Shown here: positions 24,891 through 37,370 of the stretch, one piece after another
How the letters are laid out: each line of letters opens with the position of its first letter
Position numbering within the stretch: the first letter of the stretch is position 1
Source of the DNA: Octopus bimaculoides
Taxonomy: Eukaryota
Assembly (NCBI RefSeq): GCF_001194135.2
Contig: NC_069004.1
Location: 14,900,048-14,964,047 of the forward strand
DNA: 64,000 nt
Direction of reading: 5' to 3'
Position numbers and translations under genes: made by a program
Notes under the pieces: generated by a model
Databases searched by the model: none
Told to the model about the DNA's origin: nothing
What the model saw: the letters and a program-made list of their open reading frames with translations, nothing else

Positions 24891-24964
24891 TTTGAAAATG
24901 CACTAAATTAATACATTCTTCTTCTCCTCCTCCTCCACCACCACTGCTGTACAGTGTACATATA

Positions 24965-25200
24965 TACATACATCATCCTTGTACATGTTCAATCCACTGT
25001 TGGACGAATACCTCAGTATGTTCTCTCCATCAATCAGTTTGATGTTTTGCTCATCCATGTTTGGGTGCTGAAGAACTTAACAAAGTCTTCATTCCAACTT
25101 CTGCCATGGTCTTCCCCTCCTTTTTCCTGGATGTTGTGTCCACTTTGTCAACTTGCTATTCCATCTATTATCATTTCTTCAAACACATGTCCCATGCTGT
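24965..25200 (-). mobile_element. 3' end of another RTE-like LINE nested in the + strand copy
   Basis: Minus strand ...WREHTEVFVQQW followed by a short gatgatg tail; resembles the EAFVQQW terminus of RTE-like LINEs. Confidence 0.55.
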
Positions 25201-26970
25201 GCATGAATGCCAAAGTATTAATTGGCATGTGATGTGTAGATAATCTTGTTGCTAGTTGTTCAGTTAAGTTCACATTCGTTAATGCTTTTGTTATTAGTTT
25301 GATGAAGGAACTTTGATCTGAAAGCACTAACAAATGTGAACTTAACCAAACAACCAGCAACAAAGCTATCCATTCATCACATGCCACGTTGCCTCAGATA
25401 CACCAGCACATTTGCCAAAGTATTAATGAGCAGTGAGAGAAAATCTAGGTATAAAAGGAATTAGGTACTGCTTACAAATGAGGAAGCTACACTAGTATGG
25501 GCATGTGATAATCAAGAAGGATGACTAATGTATGCAGAAGTGCTGAGCCCTCCAAGTTAATGAAACCTTCAGGAAGGGGAAAGACCAGGGAAGACTTTGG
25601 AGGAAGTGTTGTAGGCTGATCTGAAGCTGCTACTCTTCATGGGGAAGATAACAAATGATGGTACCAACTGGTGATACACAGAGCTACAGAAGATCCATTT
25701 ACCCGACTGGTAAAATGTACCCTGACGCAAGGGTTTGATTTAGAAGCTATATTTTGCACCCTGTCAAGCAAAAATAAAGAGTAGTTAAGATTAACTACTC
25801 TTGGCATTTACTGTATACAGGCAGCCTTCCTACTGTTCACACTGTATTCAGTTAATGAGCAGAGGTAATATAAGGTCTAGTTCAGGTGTTGCCAAGAACT
25901 ATTCAACTTCTCTTCTAGTACATTCTGTGAAATAGTTGAGGTGTATGAAGAAAGCAAGCCAAATAACATGTTCAAGCATCAGTGTATGGGAGCAATGACT
26001 CCCAATAAGAATTGACTTAGAATATAATGACTCCTCCAACCCATGCCAGTATGGTAAGTGAATGTAAAACAATGATGGTGACTTAATTATAGCTGAAACT
26101 TCACTGTTATATCTCTGAACATTTCTCAGTTGGTCAGTCATTATATAACACTTTAAAATATGTACACATAATTCATGTTATCGCTGAAATTATATTTCTT
26201 TCTTTCATCTTTTATTTGTTTCATTCATTGGACTATAGACATACTGGAGCACCTCCTTGGAGGAATTAGTCAAACAATTTAATCCCAGTACTTATTCTCT
26301 TTTGCTTTTTTAAGCCTGGTATTAATTTTATCGGTCTTTTTATGCCAAACCACTAAGTTACAGGAACATGAACAAACATGTATTGTAAAGTTCCTGGCTT
26401 TGGGTAAAAGAAAATACAAGAGGATCAGTTAATTATGATTTTATCTGATATATTACCACCTGAGATTCACACACTACAGTGGTCCTTCAGTTTTTCTAAG
26501 CCCTGTAAAAATCTCAGATGGTTGAGCTTCCAGCCAGGCCTTTCACATTACTTTTAAAGCCAGGAACTTTTCAGTACCCTCTCGTATACATATATATACT
26601 TTTATATACACATATATATACTTACATATGTATGTGACAGCTTTTTTCAAATCTACTCACAAGGCTTTGGTTGACCTGGAGCTATAGTAGAAGACACTTG
26701 CCCAAGGAAGCCACACAGTACGACTGCACCTGAAACTATGTTGTTGATAAGAAAGCTTCTTATTACACAGTCATGCTTCCACCTATAAAAAGTTTTGAAA
26801 TATTTGCAAAGAAATTTGCAGTTTATTTGCCAACATCATATTTATAGGAAACAAAATCAAATATTACAAAATATAGGCAAGAATTCAAACCATCAACCTG
26901 CATCTTCATAAATATAGGGGAAAATATACTCAAACATTCAGTTACCTCTAATTTCATTCAAATGTATTAT

Positions 26971-27365
26971 CAGGAGTGGTTGTGTGGTAAGTAGCTTGCT
27001 TACCAACCACATGGTCCCGGGTTCAGTCCCACTGTGTGGCACCTTGGGCAAGTATCTTCTATTATAGCCTTGGGCCGACCAAAGCCTTGTGAGTGGATTT
27101 GGTAGACGGAAACTAGAAGCCCGTCATATATGTGTATATATGTATATGTGTGTATAGATTTGTGTGTCTGTGTTTGTCCCCTGCAACATCGCTTGACAAC
27201 CGATGCTGGTGTGTTTACATCCCCGTAACTTAGCGGTTCAGCAAAAAAAGATCAATAGAATAAATACTAGGCTTACAAAGAATAAGCTCTGGGGTCAATT
27301 TGCTTGACTAAAGGCGGTGCTCCAGCATGGCCACAGTCAAATGACTGAAACAAATAATAGAGTAA
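26971..27365 (+). mobile_element. CORE-type SINE (family A)
   Basis: Near full-length match to 21607-21992 and 55768-56167. Confidence 0.88.
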
Positions 27366-27374
27366 TAGGGTGTA

Positions 27375-27590
27375 TAAATCCTGATGCATATTCTTGAAAT
27401 GGTAAATTCTTAATAATCTTGGTTATTGCGCAACAGTGTCTCCCATAAATAAAGCAAATATTCTAGTTGAAGTTTGACCAACTTATGAATGCTTTCAGAA
27501 CTCTTATCAGAGGAGCAGACACCACTTTGTCAATATATATTTGGGAATTCAAGAACAATTTTGATATCAAATGGAAAATTGGGGACCGTG
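27375..27590. mobile_element. Possible Penelope-like element C-terminal remnant
   Basis: + strand TTLSIYIWEFKNNFDIKWKI resembles the LSKYIW.LK...F.I.W.I region of Penelope-like ORFs; very short. Confidence 0.3.
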
Positions 27591-28319
27591 TAAATATCTA
27601 TAACTGAAACACTAATTTTTTGTAATTTATATATCTCAGAAAAGTAGACTATTTCATTCCATAATGAAAATTTTACTCAATTGAAATTCTGAATTAATTT
27701 CATTTTGCAGACACAAAACATCATTTCTGTGAAAGAATTACCCCCAACCCTACACATACCTCAAATCATATATTATTAATTATTTGCTAGTATCCATTAG
27801 AGTTAATTCCTATGTTTCATTCACCAAATATTTACATGTTAATAATATCTCTATTTAATTTTATATTTATAATTTAACAATTATCATTTACATAGCTTTT
27901 CTCCATCAAGATCTTATATAATTGTTCTAAAACTTTATTTCTCTTTCCTCTCTTCTTTTCTACTTCTAACTCACTTTTAAATATACCATTCTGTAAGTTT
28001 TCTTTAAAAATAGCATATTATATAAAAGAGCCATTTTACCATTTTTATTTCTCTATTTTCTCTTTCATTTTTACTTTTCTTTCTTTTACTTCATTTTTCA
28101 ATTACACACGCACAGATGCATACACATATTCTCACACATGCAAACAGACACATATTTCTCATTTCCACTGTAATCACATGTAAGCATCACTGATAGTTCT
28201 ATTGAGTCCCATCAACCAATCAAATTACGAATTTATTTTGAAACCACCATCATCGTTATTTAACATCTACCTGAAAACACCTATGTCTAATCACATGTGT
28301 TCGTTGTTAGCACATTATA

Positions 28320-28645
28320 AAGGCACATGGCTTAGTGGTTAGAGTATTCGGCTCATGATTGTAAGACTGTAAGTTTGATTCCCAGTGTTGTGGTGTGTCC
28401 TTGAGCAAGACATTTTGCTTCATGTTACTCCAGTCCACTCAGCTAGCAAAAACAAGTTGTACCTGTATTTCAAAGGGCCAGCCCTGTCACATCCTGTGTC
28501 ATGCTGAATCTCCCTGAGAACTACCTTAAGGTTACACGTGTCTGTGGAGTGTTCAGCTACTTGCACATCAATTTCATGAGCAGGGTGTTCTATTGATTGG
28601 ATCAACTGGAACCCTCCTTGTCATAACTGACAGGGTTCCAATTAG
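28320..28645 (+). mobile_element. tRNA-derived SINE family D
   Basis: ggcacatggcttagtggttagagtattcggctc...gtttgattccc head (A/B-box-like) and family D body. Confidence 0.8.
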
Positions 28646-28769
28646 CCCATTATTATTAGATGAACTGAGATAAATTTCAGCTTCAATTAAATATTGTTAC
28701 TCACTCTACTTTTTGCATTGAGAACTCTTTGTCATGTTTGCATGCACAGATGTCTGTTCACTCCTTTAT

Positions 28770-29010
28770 CATCATCATCTTCATCATCATCATTTAACAT
28801 CCGTCTTCCATGGGTGAGATGGTTTCACAATAGCCAGCTAGGCTGAAGCCTGCACCACACTTTTGTGACTTTTTTTGGCAGGATTTTCACTGCTGGATGC
28901 CCTTCCTAACACTAACCACTCAGCAGAGTGGACTTAGTGCTTTTTTTTTTTTTTGTGGCACAAGCACAGGCAAGGTCAGTTTTGGCAAGGATTTTACAGC
29001 TGGATGCCCT
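28770..29010 (-). mobile_element. RTE-LINE 3' UTR copy (family C)
   Basis: catcatcatttaacatccgtcttccatggg...gctggatgcccttcctaacactaaccactc. Confidence 0.65.
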
Positions 29011-29044
29011 TTTGAATAAATAGAATCTGTGCAAAGCCTATCAT

Positions 29045-29440
29045 GTGTGTGTGTGTATTTATCTGTTATCTTTTACATGCATTAGTCATTAGACTGCAGC
29101 CATGCCAGAGTACCACCTTGAAGAATTTTAGTTGAATAAATTGACCCCAATACTTTTTTGTTTCTGTTTTTATGTCTACTACTTATTCTATCAGTCTTAT
29201 GTGCAGAATCGTTGCATTGTAGGGATGTAAACAGACCAACAATGGTTGTCAAGCAGTGGTGGGAGCCAAACACCCACACACACATGCAATGGGCTTCTTC
29301 CAGTCTTCATCTACTAAATCCACATACATGTCTTTTGTTGGCCTGAAGCTATAGTAGAAGACACTTGCTCATGGTGCCACACAGCGGGACTGAACCCAAA
29401 ACTATGTGGTTGGAAAGCAAACTTCTTACCACACAGCTAC
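29045..29440 (-). mobile_element. Degraded family A SINE
   Basis: gactgcagccatgcc...gctatagtagaagacacttgct...gcaaacttcttaccacacagc. Confidence 0.75.
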
Positions 29441-32000
29441 ATATGTGTGTGTGTGTGTGTGTAATAACATAATTTGGATGAGAAATTGAACGTAACGAAG
29501 TTTGAATGATAATGATGCATTGGAGAAATGAATGATTGAGCAACAATATTAATTATGAAGATGGCCACTGTTTATAATGTCATTACAATGTAAGATAAAC
29601 TACATTGTCACGTTGTTTGTTTGTGTATTACACATGTTATTAGTTTGTTGCAGGAAAATACTTTCTGGTTGTATGGACTCTTTGCATGTGGGAGCTAGCT
29701 TCATTGTCTGCTGCTAGAGAGGGAGAAAAGATGAGACTTGTATTGTCAAATAGAGAGCATAAGCAGTGTGCTGCCCGTCTCTTCTCTATTCCATACCAGG
29801 ATGTTCATTGATCAAAAGGCAATAAACCAAAGAGACCAACTAAACCCTTTGTTAGGTATTTATAAAGTATGGTAACCTAAAATAACCAGAGAAGATCTCA
29901 ACCCATCCCCACCAATCTCCAAGTGCAGAGAGGAGAAAACAAAAGACCAGAAATCTGACAACAAAAATGTGGATTCAATCTTAAATCCTCTCAACTATTG
30001 TAGCTGGTCCATAAATATACATGTGTGTGTGTGTGTGTGTGTGTGGATTACAATTGAGGTTCTTCAAAAATCACTAAGCTACCAGCAGTGAACTGTCATT
30101 TCCCTGTCACCAATCATTTTCTAACTTTGCACTATCAAAGATATGTACAATAAGAAATTCTTTAGTTGAAAGAAAATAAAAACAGGCAAGGTTTAGCAAC
30201 AGGAAGAGTATTTCGCTATGAAATAATACCTCAGTAATATATTCACCTAACACTATGCTAACATGAAAAGCAAACAAACAAATTAAAATATGTAAATAAA
30301 CTAACACATACATTTAGTGTGTGTGGCCAATAATGTTTATTACACTAGCACTGCTTCTAATTCATATTTGAATTTATTCTTACATATGCATCACTGAGGT
30401 ATGCTAGCAAATGGTTTTCACACTTTTTGTATTTAGTCATAGACTGGTGATTCAGTCAGCCCCTGGTTCAATTCAGGTACATGATGTTGATAAGCCATAA
30501 AAATAGCTAAATGGGATTTGGGGCAAGTTGTCTCACCTGTCTATGACTTTCAGGTGTATTAACATCGAGCACTTTGAAGAAGTCATCCCCACAGCACTAA
30601 ATTGCAGCATACTGGCAAAAAGAGCAGAACACAAACATTGTGTATGTGTAATCAATGACGTTTGCTACACTAATGCTGCGTCTAATTCATAATTGAAATG
30701 AATTAACATTGTATATCAGAAACTATGATTTTTTTTCTGTAATTTCTGAAAGCCAGATGTGTAAGCTCTTTTCCTATCCTCATTGCAGCCCCATCTGAAG
30801 GCATGGACACACTTGGCAGTTGCCCAGAAGCCTTATGAGTCTAGGGGCCCAATCCTGATCTATGTTGTGGTTTGCTGTCAATAAAGAAGTACAATAGAGC
30901 CTGGTGTATTGATTTGTCCTGAGGCCAATGATATTGTTAAAATGGCCCTGCCTTAATCTCCGTTGAACACTTGTCCATTGTGGGTTTTTTTTACTGGGTG
31001 GTTAAAATATTTGACATAAAGCTGAATAAACTTGATCTACTGACGTTTCTGAGTTTAGATTCCACAAAACAGCAGTTTTTCACCAGAAAAGAAATTCTTT
31101 GAATCAATGGCCACAGTAAAAATAGCCATAAAACTGGCATAATACTGTGCTTGAACAGTCTGTGAGCTTGTTATAGTACACACTGTTGTATTTCTGATCT
31201 CCTCAACTGCAATGATTGACTATCAATCCTGTTTAGAATTTTCTGCAGAAATTAGGAAAATGGACAGAGTAAAGAATGAGACTAAATAAAACGAATTGTT
31301 ATGGTATTTTTATTATTATTATTTTATTTATCTCCTCAGGGTGACACAAACCTTGTGAGTAGATTTAGTAGACAGAAACTGAAAGAAGTCTGTCATATAT
31401 ATATGTGTGTGTGTGTGTGTGTAAAGAGAGAGGGGGAATAGAGATAGATAGAAACATACATATGTGTGTGCATTGTGTCTGCTTGTCTTGATATTGCGTA
31501 ATGGTTGTAAATGATTGTCATACAAGCAATGGCATTCATTTCCAATATTGTGCAAGAATGTACTAGGCCATGGAGAAATATTACCTTACCTTGCAACAGT
31601 TGAAGGTTGGGGATAGGAAAGGCAGCCGATTGTAGAAAATCTGCCTCAATAAATTTTGTCAGATCCCTTTGAAAAGTAGACATTAAAATAATAATAATGA
31701 TGATGATGATGATGCTGATGAGGAGGAGGACCATTTACAACCAGCAAAAAGTGAGGTGCCACTGTTTTCATACAGTTTGTTTTCTGGATTGATTGGTCGC
31801 TCGTTTTAGTCTCAGCTGCATTATCTCAGAACTCTCTGAATCTAGAAATTCCAGACGTTTTTTTTCAGTGATCATACAAAGTAAAATTTCCATTTTTTAA
31901 TTTTGCTTTTAAGCAGTTGTTCATATAATAAGCACCTGGCCAAACTTTTGATTGGATCTTCTTTGGGTTATTTAACAAACATAAACGGAATCAATAACGT

Positions 32001-32885
32001 CCATCCATCCATCTTCTCCACCACTGTCCTTAGGAAGGTCATGGGAATAGAGTCCCCACCACTGTCCTTAGGAAGGTCATGGGAATAGAGTCCTCAGGTA
32101 CCTCCTGCAAAGGGTTCTATCAGAAGCAACTGTCATAATTCTTTCTTACAGAATTCCCATATATGACCTAACTGAGATTATGGATATTATCTAACCAACA
32201 CATTCTTGGCCCACCGCCACATCTCCTGCTGGTTGTTGAGGGTAGAGTCCTCAAGCACCCCCTCCATATGGTTTTATCAGAAGCAACTATCATAATACTT
32301 TCCTGGTGAATTCCCAAATGTGACCAAATAAGACAACGGATATTATCCAACTATCTCATTCTTAATCTACCCCCACATCTCCTGCTGGTCATGAAAGCAG
32401 AGTCCTCAAGCATCTCCTCCGTAGGATCTTCTTAGAAGCAAACGTCATGATATTTTCCTGCTGAATTCCAAAATGTGGCCATATAAGACTATGGATATTA
32501 TCTAACCATCTCATTGGTAGTCTGTAGAGGCGCAATGGCCCAGTGGTTAGGGCAGTGGACTCGCTGTCAGAGGATTGCAGTTTCGATTCCCAGACTGGGC
32601 GTTGTGTGTGTTTATTGAACAAAAACACCTAAAGCTCCACGAGGCTCCAGCAGGGGGTGGTGGCGACCCCTGTTGTATTCTTTCGCCCTGTTGTACTCTT
32701 GTAGTCTACCACCACATCTTCTGCTTATCATGAGGGTAGAGTCCTCAAGCACCTCTTCCATAAGGTCCTATTAGAAACAACCTGCATAACACTTTCCTGC
32801 TGGATTCCCAAGTGTGACCAACTGAAACTATGGATATCATCCAACCATCTTGTTTTTGGTCTACCCCTAGCTCTCCTGCCAGCTG
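32001..32885 (-). repeat. Tandem array of about 156-bp units resembling a LINE ORF2 C-terminus
   Basis: agagtcctca recurs at 32087, 32244, 32399 and 32738 (last after a SINE insertion). Minus strand reads WLDNI....WSHLGI.QE..M.VASD.T.WR.CLRTLPS. Confidence 0.75.
32527..32700 (+). mobile_element. Family D SINE (5' part) inserted in the 156-bp array
   Basis: gaggcgcaatggcccagtggttagggcagtggactc...gtttcgattccc; gtagtct at 32518 and 32701 is a candidate target-site duplication. Confidence 0.8.
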
Positions 32886-33074
32886 GCTCAGCTTTAAGAA
32901 TCTATTTTGTGATTCTTTCCCCTGGAATTCTAATCACATACCCATAGAACCAGAGCGGTGACTTCTCAATGAAGAAAAGTAGTGACTCAGCCTAGAATGG
33001 TTCCTTGATCTTTGGAAAACATAATTACAATAAAACATGTTCACGTATGACAACATATTTTCTATTAGACAGTG

Positions 33075-34630
33075 GTAACTATAATAGTTAGTATTGGTGT
33101 CTTTAGTAGTTAGTATAGTTAGTACTGTTGGCTACAGTTGTTATTTATTTCTAAGTCAGCTCTGATAGGAAAAACTTATGATTGAAGGCATCGCAACCAT
33201 GACCACCCAAGTTCTTCCCACATTCCACCCAGACTTAGAATCCAATGTTTTTTAAGATAGTCAGTAGAAAGATATTTAGTTGTTATTTTTAGTTTGTCAA
33301 ATGACCAGGTAGAACCTCCCTTCTTCATTGGTACACAGTAGTTAGTATTGATTAGTGTAGTACTTGGTATAGATAGTTATAATAATTTGTATTGATGGTT
33401 ATAGCAATTCATATTGGTTGTTATAATTGTCTTGTTGTCTATAGTAGTTTGCTTTGATAGCTATATATTGGTGTGTCTGGGGAGAGTCATTCTCTTTTAG
33501 TGCCTTATTATTTTACACACCAGTTTGATTTCCATGACTTTTGGAAAGGTTGCAGGACGATGAAAATTTCAGGGAAAATAAATAAGTAAATGAGTGGAAA
33601 CGTTACCGGTGAGTGTGTTAAATGATAAGGCACTAAAAGAGAATGACTCTCTCCAGACACAACAAAATATATTTCAACACACGAATTCACATAAAGAATC
33701 TTGCAAACCAAATCCAAGAACGAAGTATATATTGATGATTATGATAGTATTGGTGGCTATTGTAGTTAATATGGCTAGTTATAATAGTTAGTATTGATGG
33801 TTATAGCTGTATTGATTACAGTAATAGTCAGTTTTGGTGCTTATAATTAATATTGATGATTAGTAGTACTGGTGGTTATTGTACTAGAGATAACTGTAGT
33901 ACTTATATATTAGTTATAATGATACTAGTGGTTATAATAGTATTGATTGTTATAGAGGTTGGTATTGGTAGTTGTATTGATTGTATGGTAGTTAGTATTG
34001 ATGGCTATGCCTGTAGTAGTTGGTATCAAGTGGTTATAGTAGTTAGTATTTCTGGTTATAATAGCTTGTATCTATGGCTACAATATTTAGTATTGGTAGC
34101 CAAAATATTATTGGTAACTAGAATAGTTGGTATTGATGATTAATAGTAGTTTGTACTGGAGGTTATGGTTGTTGTTGTTGTTAACCCCAGGTAAGTCCTG
34201 CTTGAGTATTCTTATGGTCAAAGACACTTCAGGCATGACCCTCTATTTTTCAGAGTATCTATGGCTACATAACTTTTTTGCAAGATAGTGAAGTCCAGTT
34301 TGATGAGGATTTGATTTCTATTTCTAGCAGCTCATGTGACTTCATAAAGACTCCCTAAAAAAAAAAAAATAAAGATCCTCCCTGAGTAACATAGAATCAT
34401 AAGGCTGGTTTCCTGGTTCCCATGCAATGAAATGTTTTACTCAAGAATACATGTCACCCAATCCAGGAATCGAAACCACAATCTTACAGCCATAAGTCCA
34501 ACACCCTAACCACTTAGCCACATGCCTTCACATTGGTTATAGTAGTTAGTATTAATGGTTGTTAGAATAATAACCTATGATGGTTATAAATGGTGTAAAT
34601 AATTGTTATTAATGACTAAAGTAGTTTGTA
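33075..34630. repeat. Degenerate satellite-like tract (ggttatagtagttagtattgat-like words)
   Basis: Recurring tagttagtattgatggttat variants; strongly C-poor on the + strand; interrupted by other repeats. Confidence 0.6.
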
Positions 34631-34774
34631 GTTGTCATTGTTGCTATCACTTCTACTAGCAAAAAAGTTTTTTTTTNNNNNNNNNNGGGGGGGGGGTAGG
34701 AGTGTTCCTTATAGTAAAGGGTAGATTGTACAATGCTTGTGTTCAAAGTGTAATGCTGCATGATCATGCAATGT

Positions 34775-35130
34775 GGGCTTTGAATGTAGAAGACTTGTGA
34801 AAACTAGAACGAACTGATAGATGTGTTATGCTAGTGCACATGAACGCTTGAGTACAAATGAGTGAAGAGAAAAACTGGGTATAAGAGGAATTAGCTGCTG
34901 TGTACAAGAGATGTTGTTGTGCTGGCATGAGCATTCGGTACATTTGAAAGTTGACTGTTGCATTAGAAAATGGCAAGCACTTCAAGTTAATGGAATCAGT
35001 GGTAAGGAAAAATCGAAGAAGACTTAAGAGGAGGTAGTGAAAGCTGATTTGAAAACGTTGCAGCTTGTTAAGATGACAAAGGACCCTACAGATTGTCAGT
35101 ATGAGATACAACATGAGACCCATCTGCACA
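34775..35130 (+). mobile_element. Degraded RTE LINE ORF2 3' fragment
   Basis: Homologous to 25400-25690 and to the reverse complement of 23640-23900 (gagaaaaactgggtataagaggaattag...gaggtagtgaaagctgatttga). Confidence 0.65.
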
Positions 35131-35304
35131 TGGCGAAATATATACTCAGACACAAGGAGAATATTTAGAAGCTGAAATATTTTGCACCTTGCCAAATCTA
35201 CAGGGTGTCCGTAAATTACCTTTACAATTTGAAAAATTCAGAAAAAAATGAAAAATAAGGATAACTTAGCAGAGTTTATTGGGAAACATAGACAAACATA
35301 AGCA

Positions 35305-35990
35305 AGCACAGACATGGCTGGGTGGTAAGAAGCTTGCTTACCGACCACATGGTTCTGGGTTCAGTCACACTGTCTTATAGCCTCAGGCTCATTAAAGCCT
35401 TATGAGTGGATTTGGTAAACAGAAACTGAAAGAAGCCCATCATACACACACACACACACACACATGTGTGTGTCATTGTGTTTGTGTTTGTCACCCCACC
35501 ATAACTTGACAGCTGATGTTGGTGTGTTTACATCCTCATAACTTAGCAGTTCAGTAGAAGAAACTGATAGAATAAGTACTAGGCTTACAAAGAATGAATA
35601 AGTCCTGGGGTCAATTTCTTTGACTAAAACCCTTTAAAGCAGTGCTCCAGCATGGCTGCAGTTAAGTGACTGTAACAAGTAAAAGAATTAAAAAAAAATT
35701 CGACGGGGGTTCCATTGGTTGTGTGTGTGTGTTTGTGTTTGTTCTCCTCCACTGTTTGACAAGTGTTGGTTTGTTTACATCCCTGTAACTTAGTGGTTTG
35801 GCAAAGAGAGTAATAAAATAATTTGTTTGACCAAACCCTTCAGCACAATGCCCCAGCATGGCCACAAGCTAATCACTGTAACAAGTAAAAGATAAAAGAT
35901 GTGACTTTGTGGTAAGAAGCTTGCTTCCCAACCACATGGTTCCAGGTTCAGTCCCACTGTGTGGCACCTTAAGCAAGTGCCTTCTTCCCA
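35305..35990 (+). mobile_element. Stack of family A SINE copies ending about 50 nt before the CPOX exon at 36042
   Basis: Heads at about 35310 and 35905; 3' parts at about 35480-35680 and 35715-35900. Confidence 0.8.
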
Positions 35991-36041
35991 TCAGCACTTT
36001 GATATCTTAATAATACCCCTAATTCTTTCCTTCTGTTTCAG

Positions 36042-36116
36042 GGTGAAGTTTGCCATGCTCTTGAAGAACTGGACGGTGAAAAGAAATTCCAGGTCGATAA
36101 ATGGGAAAGAAGCGAA
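36042..36116 (+). CDS. CPOX: Coproporphyrinogen III oxidase exon (75 nt, phase 0/0)
   Basis: ttctgtttcag acceptor; encodes GEVCHALEELDGEKKFQVDKWERSE; gaa|gtaaga donor. Matches CPOX/HemF xVCxALxxxDGxxxFxVDxWER. Confidence 0.92.
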
Positions 36117-36294
36117 GTAAGATTTAATAAATTTTGTCTGATGTATAATATTGGTTTCAGATTTTGGCACAAGGCCAGCAAGTTGTGGGGAGATACGGNN
36201 NNNNNNNNNNNNNNNNNNNNNNNNNNNNNNNNNNNNNNNNNNNNNNNNNNNNNNNNNNNNNNNNNNNNNNNNNNNNNNNNNNNNNNNNNNNNNN

Positions 36295-36960
36295 NCTGGT
36301 ACGTATTTTACTGGCCCCAAAAAGATGAAAGGCAAGGTCAACCTCAGCAGAATTTGAATTCAGAATGTGAAGACAGACAAAATGCTGCTAAGCATTTTGC
36401 CTGCCATGCTAACAATTCTTATTTCTTTTTTATTGTCCACAAGGGGCTAAACATAGAGGGGACAAACAAGGACAGACAAAGGGATTAAGTCGATTACATC
36501 GACCCCAGTGCGTAACTGGTACTTAATTTATCGACCCCGAAAGGATGAAAGGCAAAGTCAACCTCGGCGGAATTTGAACTCAGAACGTAGCAGCAGACGA
36601 AATACCGCTAAGCATTTTGCCCAGCGTGCTAACGATTCTGCCAGCTCACCGCCCTCGATGCTAATGATTCTGCCAGCGAGCCATCTTGATCTTTTCTTAG
36701 TATTGGTTTCAAATTTTGGTTCAAGACCAGTAAGTTGGCAGGAAGAGGTAAGTCGATTACATCATCCCCCCCCACTCCCACTCCTCAATAGGTACTTATT
36801 TTATCAGCCCTGGGATGATGAAAGGCAATGTCAACATGGACAGAATTTGAACTCAGAATGTAAACACAGACATAAATAGGACTGGATGGTGGGGAGGAGT
36901 TGAACACACCGACCCCTGCCCAGTTCTCTATAGGTACCTATTTTACTGACTCTGAAAAAA
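36295..36960. mobile_element. Family B SINE cluster in mixed orientation, including a young minus copy at 36418-36652
   Basis: ccacaaggggctaaacatagagggg...gacgaaataccgctaagc...gccagctcaccgcc (minus); + remnant at about 36690-36860. Confidence 0.8.
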
Positions 36961-36969
36961 TGAATGGTG

Positions 36970-37370
36970 ATATGATATGCTTGAGATGACCTGTTGAGCC
37001 AAGTAAGACCAAAATCGTAAGTGTGGCCAGTGCCCCCCTGAGTGGCTCCCATTCTAGTGGCACATAAAATGTATCATCCAAACATTGTCGATGCCACTGC
37101 TCCCTGACTGGCTCCCATGCCCGTGGCACATAAAAAGCTCTATCTGAATGCAATTGATGCCAGGCCCGCCTGACCAGCTCCTGTGCTGGTGGCACGTAAA
37201 AAGCATCCAGTACACTCTCGGAGCAGTTGACGTTAGGAAGGGCATCCAGTTGTAGAAACATTGCCAGATCAGGCTGGAGCCTGGTGCAGCCACTGGCTTT
37301 CCAGACCTCAGTTAAACCGTCCAATCCATGCCAGCATAGAAAACAGACGTTAAACGATGATGATGACAGT
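36970..37370 (+). mobile_element. RTE-LINE 3' end (family C) with internal repeated subunits
   Basis: Three gtggcac.taaaa-containing subunits, then gttaggaagggcatccag...aaacgatgatgatg. Confidence 0.8.

Noticed and set aside
23540-25690. Twin-priming inversion
   Set aside because: The two opposite-strand RTE pieces overlap extensively on ORF2 and differ in decay, so they are better explained as two insertions.
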